Assembly (NCBI GenBank): GCA_039028615.1 | Contig: JBCCHT010000059.1 | Span: 1 to 62,059, forward strand | Length of the DNA stretch: 62,059 nt | DNA from: Myxococcota bacterium | Lineage (GTDB): Bacteria; Myxococcota_A; Polyangia; Nannocystales; Nannocystaceae | Direction of reading: 5' to 3' | Notes under the pieces: model-generated | Databases searched by the model: none | Seen by the model: only the letters and a program-made list of their open reading frames with translations | Told to the model about the DNA's origin: nothing | Position numbers and translations under genes: made by a program | Part shown: piece after piece, positions 11,551 through 20,671 of the stretch | Position numbering within the stretch: the first letter of the stretch is position 1 | Layout of the letters: every line of letters begins with the position of its first letter

Positions 11551-12453
11551 ATGGCGAATCCGGTCTCCGGGGCCTTTGGCCCGCCCGCGGGACAGCCGCG
11601 CGCCCGCGGCGAGACCGTGCGCATCGTCTCGGCGGCCGAGCTGGGCGGCGCCGCCCGCCTGCAGGGGCTCGCCGAGCAGGTGTTCGGGGCGGGCGACCGT
11701 CCGCGGGGCTGGTTCACCCGCAAGCTCCGTCGGGAGCGCGTCGACGATGCGCTGTCGGTGGTGGCGGTGGATCCCGCACACCCCACCGAGGACCCAGCGG
11801 GCTGGCTCGGCTACGTGCTCGTCGGGGTCCCACCGAGCCTCGGGGATCGAGCGCGAACCTCCGGCACCGCCGTCGTCTCTCAGGCCCGAGGTCGGGGAGT
11901 CGCCACCGAATTATTGAACGCCGCCAGCGGGCGCTGCCGCGACGCCGGCATCCGTCACCTCCAGCTGCTGGCCGAGGCCGCGGTCTTGCCCTTCTATTTG
12001 CAGCGTGGCTTTCGACTCGTACACCCCACGATGACCGCGCTGTCCTTTGGTCGCGCCACCGCGGCCTCACTCACCTCCGCCCCGGCCTGGGACTCGCCCA
12101 CCGAGGCGCAGCACGAGCTCGTCGCGTGGCTTCCCGAAGCGTGGTCCGGCACCGATGCCGAGGCCCGACGCGGCTGCGAGTTCGAGGTCGAAGGCCGGTC
12201 CGTCCAGGCGTGGTTGTCCCGCGAAGGCGTCGCCTGGCTCGTGCAGCGCATCGTCGCCTCCGAAGGCGCACCGCTGCCCTCGATCGCCGGAGGGCTGCTC
12301 GATCGGCTCCCGCACGGGGCGCCCGTGCTCTTGCCTCTATTGAACGCCGACGCTCCGAGTTCGGCCGCGCTGCTCGACGCGGGTTGGGTCGCGGCCCAAC
12401 GCGGGGCGCTGGTGGAACGATCGCTTTACAGCCCGCCCGTCGGGGTTGGATGA
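11551..12453 (+). CDS. GNAT family N-acetyltransferase
   Basis: Acetyl-CoA motif VVSQARGRGVATELL and FYLQRGF; GGAG SD before ATG 11551. Confidence 0.75.
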   Translation: MANPVSGAFGPPAGQPRARGETVRIVSAAELGGAARLQGLAEQVFGAGDRPRGWFTRKLRRERVDDALSVVAVDPAHPTEDPAGWLGYVLVGVPPSLGDRARTSGTAVVSQARGRGVATELLNAASGRCRDAGIRHLQLLAEAAVLPFYLQRGFRLVHPTMTALSFGRATAASLTSAPAWDSPTEAQHELVAWLPEAWSGTDAEARRGCEFEVEGRSVQAWLSREGVAWLVQRIVASEGAPLPSIAGGLLDRLPHGAPVLLPLLNADAPSSAALLDAGWVAAQRGALVERSLYSPPVGVG

Positions 12454-12465
12454 TGCGCCCCGAGT

Positions 12466-13311
12466 ATGGAAAAAGCCTGCCTTCGTTCGTTTGCACTGGT
12501 GTTGCTCGCTGCCGCGAGCGTGGCATGCGGAACCGAGGACCCGCCGCCCCCCGCCGCCGACAGCACGGGCGGTGACTCCTCGGGCGGAGGCGGCACGACC
12601 GGCAGCAGCGTCAGCGCCACCAGCTCGCCCGGCACCGAGGGCCTCGATACCACCGCGGGCCCCGTGTCGAGCTCGGGCATGGCCGACGGCTCGTTCCTCG
12701 ACCCCAGCTCCGACGACGGCTCCGCCCCGCTGCCCAACGGCGGCCAGTGCATGTCCAACGCGGACTGCGAGTCCGAGGCCTGCTTCCAGATCCCCATGCT
12801 CGGCGGGGTGTGCTCGGAGTGCCTGATGGACTCCGACTGCAAGACGGGCACCTGCTCGCTCGACCCCACGTCGCTGTTCGCGGTGTGCACCGACGGCGGC
12901 ATCGGGGTCATGTGCGACAGCGACGAGGGCTGCATGGGCGAGCTGGTCTGCAGCGAGCTCATCAACACGGGCGGACTCTTCCCGCTCGACTTCTGCTCCG
13001 AGTGCAACGACAGCACGCCCTGCGAAAAGCCCCAGGTATGCTCGCCGGTCTACGACCTGGCCAACTTCCAGGGCTACCAGGGCTGCCTCGATCCCATGTC
13101 GGTGCCCAACGGCGGCGGCTGCCCCGTCAACGGCATCACCGGTGACGGCACCGTGTGCCAGTCGGGCCTGTGCGGCGTGACCACTCTGCTCGACCTCATC
13201 CCGCTGGGGGTGTGCGGCGAGTGCCTCACCGACGAGGACTGCCCCAAGGGCAGCACCTGCATGCCGGGCGCCGCCGACATGACCGGCCTCCAGGGCGCCA
13301 CCTGCGTGTAA
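12466..13311 (+). CDS. Cysteine-rich lipoprotein with Ser/Thr/Gly linker
   Basis: Lipobox-like SVAC, low-complexity linker, repeated C-x-E-C-x-x-D-x-x-C units. Confidence 0.8.
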   Translation: MEKACLRSFALVLLAAASVACGTEDPPPPAADSTGGDSSGGGGTTGSSVSATSSPGTEGLDTTAGPVSSSGMADGSFLDPSSDDGSAPLPNGGQCMSNADCESEACFQIPMLGGVCSECLMDSDCKTGTCSLDPTSLFAVCTDGGIGVMCDSDEGCMGELVCSELINTGGLFPLDFCSECNDSTPCEKPQVCSPVYDLANFQGYQGCLDPMSVPNGGGCPVNGITGDGTVCQSGLCGVTTLLDLIPLGVCGECLTDEDCPKGSTCMPGAADMTGLQGATCV

Positions 13312-13326
13312 TCTTGCGGGCGCCAC

Positions 13327-15006
13327 ATGGGCCTGCTCGATCCGGTTCCACTCCCCTATGACCCGCTGGAGTGGGCTCGCCGCCCATTCCACGAGCGGAG
13401 CCGCATGGTCAGCCAGGCGCTGGCCGACCAGGGCTATGGCGCCCCGGTGGCGGTCTATCTCGCGTATGGCCTCAAGGTCGTCGCGTACATCGGGGGGTGG
13501 CTGGCGTTCTGCAGTGCCTCGCCGTCGCTCGGAGGCCTGAGCACCATCGGCGACTGGTGGCTCGAGCCCCTCGCGTTCCAGAAGGCCATCGTCTGGAGCA
13601 TGCTCTTCGAGGTCCTGGGCCTCGGCTGTGGTAGCGGTCCCCTCACCGGTCGCTACCTGCCGCCCATGGGCGGGTTCCTCTACTTCCTGCGCCCCGGCAC
13701 CACCAAGTCCCCGCTGCGCCCCGGTCTGCCCGTCGTGGGCGGTCGCACGCGAACCTGGCTCGACGCGGCGCTGTACCTCGCGCTGTTGGTGAGCCTGGTT
13801 CGCGTCCTGCTCGCGCCCGCGTTCACGGTGGAGCTGCTCGTCCCCATCGCGGTGCTCGTGCCCGTGCTCGGGGTCACCGACAAGACGATCTTCCTGGCCG
13901 CCCGCGCCGAGCACTACTGGATGACGGTGCTGTGCTTCGTGCTCGCCGCCGACTGGCTTCCCGCGGCCAAGGCCATCCAGCTCGCCCTGTGGTGGTGGGC
14001 GGGCGTCTCCAAGCTCAACCATCACTTTCCCTACGTCGTCTGCGTGATGACGAGCAACAGCCCCTTGTTCCGCTTCAAGTGGCTGCGCCGTCGGATGTAC
14101 CGCTCCTTCCCCGACGACCTGCGCCCCTCTCGGCTCGCCGTGCTCATGGGGCACATGGGCACCGCGCTCGAGCTGGGCGTGCCCGTGGTGCTCGTGCTGG
14201 GCGACGGCGGACCGGTCACCATCGTCGGCCTCGTCATGATGTTCGCCCTCCACGGCTACATCACGAGCAACGTGCCCATGGGCGTGCCCATCGAGTGGAA
14301 CTTCATGGTCGTGTACGCGGCGTGCTTCCTGTTCGGGGCCCACGCCGACGTCAGCCCGCTGGCGATCGACTCCATCCCGCTGGCGATCCTGGTGGTGGGC
14401 TCCACCCTCGTCGTGCCCTTCGTCGGCAACATCCTGCCGCGCTTCGTCTCGTTCCTGCCCTCCATGCGCTACTACGCGGGAAACTGGGCCTACGGGGTGT
14501 GGCTGTTTCGCGGGGACAGCCACCGCCGCCTCGACGAAGGCTTGGTCAAGAGCACCCCGTGGATCTTCGACCAGCTCGATCGCTTCTACGATCGCGGCAC
14601 CTCGGTGGGCCTGGTCAGCAAGCTGATCGCCTTCCGCATGCTCCACCTGCACGGTCGCGGCCTCCCCGGCCTGCTCGACCAGGCGGTGGGCGACGACGTC
14701 GACGACTACCAGTGGGTCGATGGCGAGGTCCTGGCCGGCTCGGTGATCGGCTGGAACTTCGGCGACGGACACCTACACCACGAAGACCTGCTCCGCTCCG
14801 TCCAGGCCCAGTGCGGTTTCGAGCCGGGCGAGCTGCGCTGCATCTTCGTGGAGTCCCAACCGCTGTTCCAGCAGACGCTACGCTATCGAATTCACGATGC
14901 CAGCACGGGCCCGATCGCACAGGGTGAGCTCCACGTCGAGGAGCTTCGCAAGGCTCCCCCCTGGGCGCTCGAACCGAGCCGACCGCCCGAACCGAAGATG
15001 GAGTAA
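13327..15006 (+). CDS. DUF3556 family transmembrane protein
   Basis: Recognised motifs LFEVLGLGCGSGPLTGR, DKTIFLAARAEHYW, SKLNHHFPYVV, PMGVPIEWN, SFLPSMRYYAGNW, GWNFGDGHLH. Confidence 0.85.
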   Translation: MGLLDPVPLPYDPLEWARRPFHERSRMVSQALADQGYGAPVAVYLAYGLKVVAYIGGWLAFCSASPSLGGLSTIGDWWLEPLAFQKAIVWSMLFEVLGLGCGSGPLTGRYLPPMGGFLYFLRPGTTKSPLRPGLPVVGGRTRTWLDAALYLALLVSLVRVLLAPAFTVELLVPIAVLVPVLGVTDKTIFLAARAEHYWMTVLCFVLAADWLPAAKAIQLALWWWAGVSKLNHHFPYVVCVMTSNSPLFRFKWLRRRMYRSFPDDLRPSRLAVLMGHMGTALELGVPVVLVLGDGGPVTIVGLVMMFALHGYITSNVPMGVPIEWNFMVVYAACFLFGAHADVSPLAIDSIPLAILVVGSTLVVPFVGNILPRFVSFLPSMRYYAGNWAYGVWLFRGDSHRRLDEGLVKSTPWIFDQLDRFYDRGTSVGLVSKLIAFRMLHLHGRGLPGLLDQAVGDDVDDYQWVDGEVLAGSVIGWNFGDGHLHHEDLLRSVQAQCGFEPGELRCIFVESQPLFQQTLRYRIHDASTGPIAQGELHVEELRKAPPWALEPSRPPEPKME

Positions 15007-15026
15007 AATCGTAGCCCGACGCTTTC

Positions 15027-17270
15027 GTGTGGGCTCTGTGGATAGCTTTCTTCGTCTCCGGGGTCGCCGGACTCAGCTATGAGCTCACGTGGGTCCGCTA
15101 CCTGACCCACGTCTTCGGAGCCACCACCCCGGCCATTGCGGCCACCATCGCGGTGTTCTTCGCCGGCCTCGCCCTGGGCTCGTGGGCGGGCGCCCGATGG
15201 TTCGCCCGACGCGAGCGACCGGCCTTGGCCTACGCGGGCCTCGAGGCGGCCATCGGCGTGGTGGGCATGGCCCTGCCCTTCGTCTTCGACGGCCTCGACG
15301 CGGTCCTCTCCGCCCGCGAAGGCACCCAGTCGATCGGCGAGCTGCTCGTCGCCTCGACGCTCGTCCTGCTGCTGCCCACCGCCCTGCTCGGCGCCACCTT
15401 TCCCGCGATGGTCGCGGTGACTCGCCGCTTCCTCGGGGCCCAACGAGCCACCGCCCTGCCCTACGGTCTCAATACCCTCGGCGCGGTGGTGGGTTGCTTG
15501 CTCGTCTCGCTGTGGTGGCTGCCGAGCCTCGGCCTGCGCGGCACCAGCTTCACCCTCGCCTCCTGCGATCTGGCGGTGGCGGTGGTGGTGGCCGTCGTCT
15601 ACCGAGCGCGCACCTCCGTCCCCGAGCCTCCCGCCACCCGGACCGAGACGACGACGGCCGAGGCCGCGGGGCTCCCCGCGAATCGAGCCGCCGTGCTCGC
15701 GGTGGTGTCCGGGTTCATCGCCATCGCGATCGAGATCCACTGGGTGCGCGCCCTGGCATTGTCGTTCCCCGCCACCGTCTATGTGTTCGCGCTGGTGCTC
15801 TCCGCGTATCTGGTGGGCATCGGGCTCGGCTCGGCCGCCGTCGACCGCTGGCTCGCCCGGCACTCGCCGACCGGACGCGACCTGCTCGCGGCCTACGTCG
15901 CGGCGGGACTCGGCTGTGTGCTCGCCTTGAACCTCATGCCCGAGATCGGCCCCTGGTCGCTGACCATGCTCGCGGGCGGCAGCATCGACAGCTGGAACGC
16001 CTATCTCGCGTGGATCGGGGGCATCGGCATGCTGACCATGCTGCCCGCCACCCTGGCCATGGGCGCCGCGCTTCCCTTGCTCGTCGGCCTGGCCTCGGGA
16101 CCGCAGCAGGCCGTGGCCACCACCGCGGGGCGCATCTACGGGCTCAATACCCTGGGTGGCGTCTTCGGCAGCCTCGCCGGGACGTTTTGGATGATGCCCG
16201 TCATCGGCCTGTCGCGCTCGGCCATGCTGCTCGCGCTCGGCTACGTGGCCCTGGCCGTGCTCGTGCCCGTGGACGACTCGCTGCGCTCGGCCCGACGCGG
16301 CCTGATCGCGCTGGTCGGCATGGGCGTGCTGGTGACGGCGATCGACTTGCAACCCGAGCTCAACGCGCTGCGCCATCGCCCCGACACCGAGCTGCTGCAC
16401 TACCGCGACTCGCCCTCGGCCACCGTGGCCATCTATGAGGACGAGCAAGGCGTCCGAGCGCTGCGCATCGACAACCAGTACACGCTGAGCAACACCGCGC
16501 CGGCCACCGTGGCCATGCAGTATCGCTTGGGGCTCGTGCCCACTGCGCTGCATCCCGCCCCGCGCCGCGCCCTGCTCATCGGCTTTGCCACCGGGACCAC
16601 GCTCGCCGCCATGGCCGTGCACCCCGGCGTCGAGCAGCTCGATTGCGTCGAGCTCCACGACGAGGTGTTCGAGCTCGCGTCGTTCTTCGCCGAAGCCAAC
16701 CACCAGGTCTGGCAGCACCCGCGGGTCGACCTCATCGAAGGCGACGGTCGTCGTTACCTCGCCCGTCCCGGGCCCCGCTACGACCTGATCGTCGCCGACC
16801 TGTTCGTCCCGCGGAACCCCGGCGTCGGGGCGCTATACAGCCTCGATCACTTCGAGGCGGTGAAGCAGCGCTTGGCCCCCGACGGTGTGTTCGTGGTGTG
16901 GCTGCCGCTGTGGCAGCTCGGTCAGCGCGAGCTGGGCTCCATCGCCCGCAGCATGCTCGAGGTCTTTCCCGAGGCCGAGGCCTGGGTCACCGATCACGGC
17001 GAGCAGCGGCCGATCTTGGGCCTGGTCGTCGGCGCGACCGCATCGAGCGTCAGCGTCGATCCCCGCCCCTTGCGTCCCGATGCGCGTGGTCTCGAGCATG
17101 CGCGCCGGGTCATGGACACCGCCGCCCTGCAGACGCTCGCCCACGACGCCCCCGAAAACCGCCTCGACCGGCCCTTCGTCGAGTTCTCGGCCCCGCGCTC
17201 GATGATGGAAGCGAAGATCGAAGGCCGCTCCCTGCTCTCGCAGACCCTCGAGCACCTGCCGCCGCTGTAA
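15027..17270 (+). CDS. Fused MFS-like membrane / spermidine synthase-like protein
   Basis: Duplicated membrane halves (SG..YELTW.R; YGLNTLG twice) and a C-terminal SAM-binding domain (LLIGFATGTT, DCVEL, EGDGRRYL, YDLIVAD). Confidence 0.88.
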   Translation: MWALWIAFFVSGVAGLSYELTWVRYLTHVFGATTPAIAATIAVFFAGLALGSWAGARWFARRERPALAYAGLEAAIGVVGMALPFVFDGLDAVLSAREGTQSIGELLVASTLVLLLPTALLGATFPAMVAVTRRFLGAQRATALPYGLNTLGAVVGCLLVSLWWLPSLGLRGTSFTLASCDLAVAVVVAVVYRARTSVPEPPATRTETTTAEAAGLPANRAAVLAVVSGFIAIAIEIHWVRALALSFPATVYVFALVLSAYLVGIGLGSAAVDRWLARHSPTGRDLLAAYVAAGLGCVLALNLMPEIGPWSLTMLAGGSIDSWNAYLAWIGGIGMLTMLPATLAMGAALPLLVGLASGPQQAVATTAGRIYGLNTLGGVFGSLAGTFWMMPVIGLSRSAMLLALGYVALAVLVPVDDSLRSARRGLIALVGMGVLVTAIDLQPELNALRHRPDTELLHYRDSPSATVAIYEDEQGVRALRIDNQYTLSNTAPATVAMQYRLGLVPTALHPAPRRALLIGFATGTTLAAMAVHPGVEQLDCVELHDEVFELASFFAEANHQVWQHPRVDLIEGDGRRYLARPGPRYDLIVADLFVPRNPGVGALYSLDHFEAVKQRLAPDGVFVVWLPLWQLGQRELGSIARSMLEVFPEAEAWVTDHGEQRPILGLVVGATASSVSVDPRPLRPDARGLEHARRVMDTAALQTLAHDAPENRLDRPFVEFSAPRSMMEAKIEGRSLLSQTLEHLPPL

Positions 17271-17356
17271 GCCGCCCCGGCCTCCCATCTCGGCCCAATC
17301 CCGTGCGTTTCGCCGGTTGCTCGGGCCGGCGACGGACCCGTACGATCCAAGGCAGG

Positions 17357-18046
17357 ATGTGGGGACGATCGACGATCATTGGATTGGGGGTGAGCGTGGG
17401 CATCGTGGGCTGCAGCCCCTCCAGCGGAGGCGGCGGGGCCGAGGCGTCCACCGCGGGTGACTCGGCCGAGACCGAGGCGGCCGCCACGGAAGCGGCCAGC
17501 GGCACCGCGGCCGACAGCGGCCAGGCTGCCTGCACCGACCCCGAGACCACCGTGCTGTGGGCCGAGGATGGCGAGGTCGTGGAGCCCATGGCCATCGCGC
17601 TCGCCCCCGGGCTCGGCAACATCGGCGTCGCCCGCTCCTGGATCGAGGGGATGGGCACGCTCTCCGTGAACTTCACCACCACCTGCGACGGCCCGCTCTA
17701 CGTCTGGATGCTGGCCTGGGATCGCGTGGGCGGCGTGGAGGACAACGCCGACTCGCACTTCGTCACCATCGACGACGGCGAAGAGACGGAGTGGCTATAC
17801 GGCTGCAACACCCCGGTGACCTCGCCCGGCCTGTGGCAGTGGTCGGTCATCGACCGCTGGACCGGAGAGGGCTGCCAGCACGAGCCCCTCGAGCTCGAGC
17901 TGGCCGCGGGTGAGCACACCATCGTCGTCCGCAACCGGGAGGAAGGCGCGGGCCAGGACGTCGCCGCCATCGTCGGATTGGTCGTCAGCCACGACCCCGA
18001 TGCCGATCCGCTGATCTTTCTCGATCCCGCCGACTTTGAGAAGTAG
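17357..18046 (+). CDS. Lipoprotein with possible carbohydrate-binding beta-sandwich domain
   Basis: Lipobox IVGC, Ser/Ala/Glu linker, W-A-E-D, DSHFVTIDD, LELAAGEHTIVVRNRE. Confidence 0.7.
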   Translation: MWGRSTIIGLGVSVGIVGCSPSSGGGGAEASTAGDSAETEAAATEAASGTAADSGQAACTDPETTVLWAEDGEVVEPMAIALAPGLGNIGVARSWIEGMGTLSVNFTTTCDGPLYVWMLAWDRVGGVEDNADSHFVTIDDGEETEWLYGCNTPVTSPGLWQWSVIDRWTGEGCQHEPLELELAAGEHTIVVRNREEGAGQDVAAIVGLVVSHDPDADPLIFLDPADFEK

Positions 18047-18055
18047 CGTCGGGGC

Positions 18056-18907
18056 GTGAAGCCGGACGCTGCACTCGCGATCATCGGGACGGGATACCTG
18101 GGCATGGCCGTGGCGTCGGCGTGGCGGGGCCCCGTGCTCGCGGCCAGCCGCAGCGGAGTGTGGCGCGACGGCACCGCCCCCGACCACGTTCGCATGCTCG
18201 CGCTCGACGTGACCTCGGATGCGTTCGACACGGCGGGACTCGAGGCGGCCGAGGTCGCCGTGCTCTGCTACGCGCCCGGTCGCGTCCAGGACCGCACCGC
18301 GCTCTACGTCGAAGGCACCCGTCGCGTGCTCGAGCGCTGGCCCCGGGGACGGCTGCGTCGCATCGTCTGGGTCGGCTCGACCTCTGCCCTGCCCGACCGC
18401 GACGCATGGCTCGACGAGCGCTGCGAGCAGTGGCCGACCAGCGAGCGCGGCAAGGTCCAGCGCGAGGCAGAGCGCGTCGTGATGGACTTCGGGCAGCAGC
18501 ACCAAATCCCCTGGTTGGTGCTACGACTCGGCGGACTCTACGGCCCGGGGCGAGCGCTCGACCGCCTCTATCGCCGCCGTCGCGAGGGACCGCTGCCCGG
18601 CCACGGCATGGCGCCCACGAATTTGATCCATCGCGACGATGCGATCCAAGCCGTCCTCGCCGCTGCGAGTGCGCCCGCTCGCATCGAAGGAGTCGTGCAC
18701 GGCGTCGACGACGAGCACCCACCCCGACGGCACATGTACGCTCAGATCGCGACACACACGGGGCAGGAGCCCGTGACGTGGGCCGAGCCGATCCCGGCCG
18801 ATGGCGTGGCTCGGGGCAAGCGGGTCTCCAACCTTCGCCTCAAGCAATGGCTGGGCGTACGCCTGCGATACCCCACGCATCGGCTCGCCGAAGATCCAAA
18901 CGGATAG
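18056..18907 (+). CDS. NAD-dependent epimerase/dehydratase (atypical SDR, YeeZ-like)
   Basis: IIGTGYLG Rossmann motif, GSTS, LRLGGLYGPGR, NLIHRDD, GKRVSN. Confidence 0.85.
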   Translation: MKPDAALAIIGTGYLGMAVASAWRGPVLAASRSGVWRDGTAPDHVRMLALDVTSDAFDTAGLEAAEVAVLCYAPGRVQDRTALYVEGTRRVLERWPRGRLRRIVWVGSTSALPDRDAWLDERCEQWPTSERGKVQREAERVVMDFGQQHQIPWLVLRLGGLYGPGRALDRLYRRRREGPLPGHGMAPTNLIHRDDAIQAVLAAASAPARIEGVVHGVDDEHPPRRHMYAQIATHTGQEPVTWAEPIPADGVARGKRVSNLRLKQWLGVRLRYPTHRLAEDPNG

Positions 18908-19099
18908 CCCCATCGCGCCACCGCGAAACGGCACCAACTCACATTCGGCGACGAAACCGCCAACGCACCGCCGCGAAAACCCGACACGAGGACCACGGCC
19001 CCTTCGCGGCCGTACGGGCGTGCCCTCTCGCTTTTTTCGCGGTGTGACTTCCCAGCCCTTGCGCTGCCTTCGATGGTGCTTAAACCGATCGACATCGCC

Positions 19100-20008
19100 A
19101 TGGCCAGCCCCGTCACCACTGCGGTTTCCAATGCTCTCCCCGTGCCCGTGGGGCGAGACCTCGTCGAGATCGGCGATCTCCGCGCCGAGCTCGACGAAGT
19201 GGCCGAGCAGGCCCTCGAAGCCCGTCAGCTGGGGGTTCCCCTGTGCGATGCGGTGGCCGACCCGCGCTTCGACGCCCTGGTCCGCTTCCACCAAGACCTC
19301 CGCGATGCGCTGTTCGTCGAGCTGCCTCGCGACCTGCGGGGTTGGGTCGAGAACGCGGTGTCCGAGCCCTCGCCCGAGGGCCCGCTCGGCTTCGTCGACG
19401 CCCTCGCCGACCTCGCTCGCACCACGGCGAACACCGACGACCCGGCCGCCCCCCTGCAGCGTGCACTAGCAGAGCTGCTGGTGTTCGAGGCATTGCGGCT
19501 GCGCCTGCTCATGGCGGTGTGGCAGAGCGAAGACTTCGAGCGGCTCGGCGGCGAAGAGACCGACATCGACGTCATCGCGTGGGGCGAGGTCGAGTTCCTG
19601 CTCGACGACCCCGCCCTCGATGACGCCCGCGTCCGCCCGGGTGCACTGATGTACGCCGCAGCCCAGGTCTCCGTCGCACGCGAGGCCGCCGAGCGAGCCG
19701 ATGCGCTGCGTCGGTCCGGCGACGACCTGCGCGAGCGCCTGCAGATGCGCGCCCGCCTTCGGTCCGCGCTGCGAGAGCTTCGGCTCCCCGAGTCCGTGCT
19801 GCTGAGCAACGCGCTGTCCAACTTGCTCGACGAGCCCCGCCTCGAGCTGCGCGACCTCCAGCAGGCCCGGCCGGTCGCGCTCGGCGGCATGTCCCGCCAG
19901 GCCATGGACCAGCGGGTCTCCCGAGGTCGCCGAGCGCTGACCCGAGCCCCCGACACCTGGCCCCGCCGCCGCGGCCCCGCGTTGTTCGACCTGCTCCGCA
20001 GCGCCTAA
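19100..20008 (+). CDS. Hypothetical helical protein with C-terminal sigma-region-4-like HTH
   Basis: Good coding bias, followed by a terminator; LRSALREL...ESVLL...MSRQAMDQRVSRGRRAL. Alternative start 19073. Confidence 0.65.
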   Translation: MASPVTTAVSNALPVPVGRDLVEIGDLRAELDEVAEQALEARQLGVPLCDAVADPRFDALVRFHQDLRDALFVELPRDLRGWVENAVSEPSPEGPLGFVDALADLARTTANTDDPAAPLQRALAELLVFEALRLRLLMAVWQSEDFERLGGEETDIDVIAWGEVEFLLDDPALDDARVRPGALMYAAAQVSVAREAAERADALRRSGDDLRERLQMRARLRSALRELRLPESVLLSNALSNLLDEPRLELRDLQQARPVALGGMSRQAMDQRVSRGRRALTRAPDTWPRRRGPALFDLLRSA

Positions 20009-20032
20009 ACACTTCCCCCCTCCTCCCCCCGT

Positions 20033-20075
20033 CGCCGACGCTCCTCGTTCCCCCCGAGGGGTGTCGGCGTTTGTT
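20033..20075 (+). terminator. Intrinsic terminator
   Basis: CGCCGACGCTCCTCG / CGAGGGGTGTCGGCG stem (with G-U pairs) followed by TTTGTT. Confidence 0.75.
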
Positions 20076-20113
20076 CGTCTGGGCTTCGTTCGCGCCACGA
20101 TCGAGCGCGAGCT

Positions 20114-20653
20114 ATGGTCATGGGCAGGCCGATGCCGTCCCCCGCTCACGTCGATCGACTCCGCCGACTCGTCGGCCCCGTCGTCACCGCCGTCCCCGTG
20201 GCGCTGGTCGACCTGCTGAGTAAGGACTGGGCCGTCGAACACCTCGCGGGTCGCGGGCCCGTCGTACTCGTCCCGCAATTCGTCCGCCTCGAGCTCGGCG
20301 TCAACGCGGGCGTCGCGTTCGGCATGATGGAGCACCGACCGAGCCTGTGGCCCATCGTGGCGGGGGCCGCGGTCATCGCCTACTTGCTCTGGCTGGCCCC
20401 CCGTATCCCCGAGCCCAACCGCGCCACCGTGCTGGGCCTGGGCCTCATGCTCGGCGGAGCCTTCGGCAACCTCTACGACCGAATCTGGCGCGTGGTCGAC
20501 GACGGCACCCTGTGGGGCCCCGGCATTCGCCGCGGCGTGGTCGACTTCATCTCCGTCGGGTCCTGGCCCGCCTTCAACGTCGCGGATGTGGCGTTGGTGC
20601 TCGGCGCCGGGCTGCTGCTGCGGAGTCTGTGGACCGCCCTCCGATCGAAGTAG
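20114..20653 (+). CDS. lspA: Lipoprotein signal peptidase II
   Basis: DLLSK, NAGVAFG, GGAFGNLYDR, VVDFI, FNVAD. Start may be 20132. Confidence 0.93.
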   Translation: MVMGRPMPSPAHVDRLRRLVGPVVTAVPVALVDLLSKDWAVEHLAGRGPVVLVPQFVRLELGVNAGVAFGMMEHRPSLWPIVAGAAVIAYLLWLAPRIPEPNRATVLGLGLMLGGAFGNLYDRIWRVVDDGTLWGPGIRRGVVDFISVGSWPAFNVADVALVLGAGLLLRSLWTALRSK

Positions 20654-20671
20654 ACTCGCTCGCGCTCCGCC

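Noticed and set aside
12337..14772. 811-aa minus-strand ORF and similar long antisense ORFs (14892-16718, 19466-21511, 33996-36167, 42851-45628)
   Set aside because: Shadow frames of well-supported genes on the opposite strand, expected in high-GC DNA; no family motifs.
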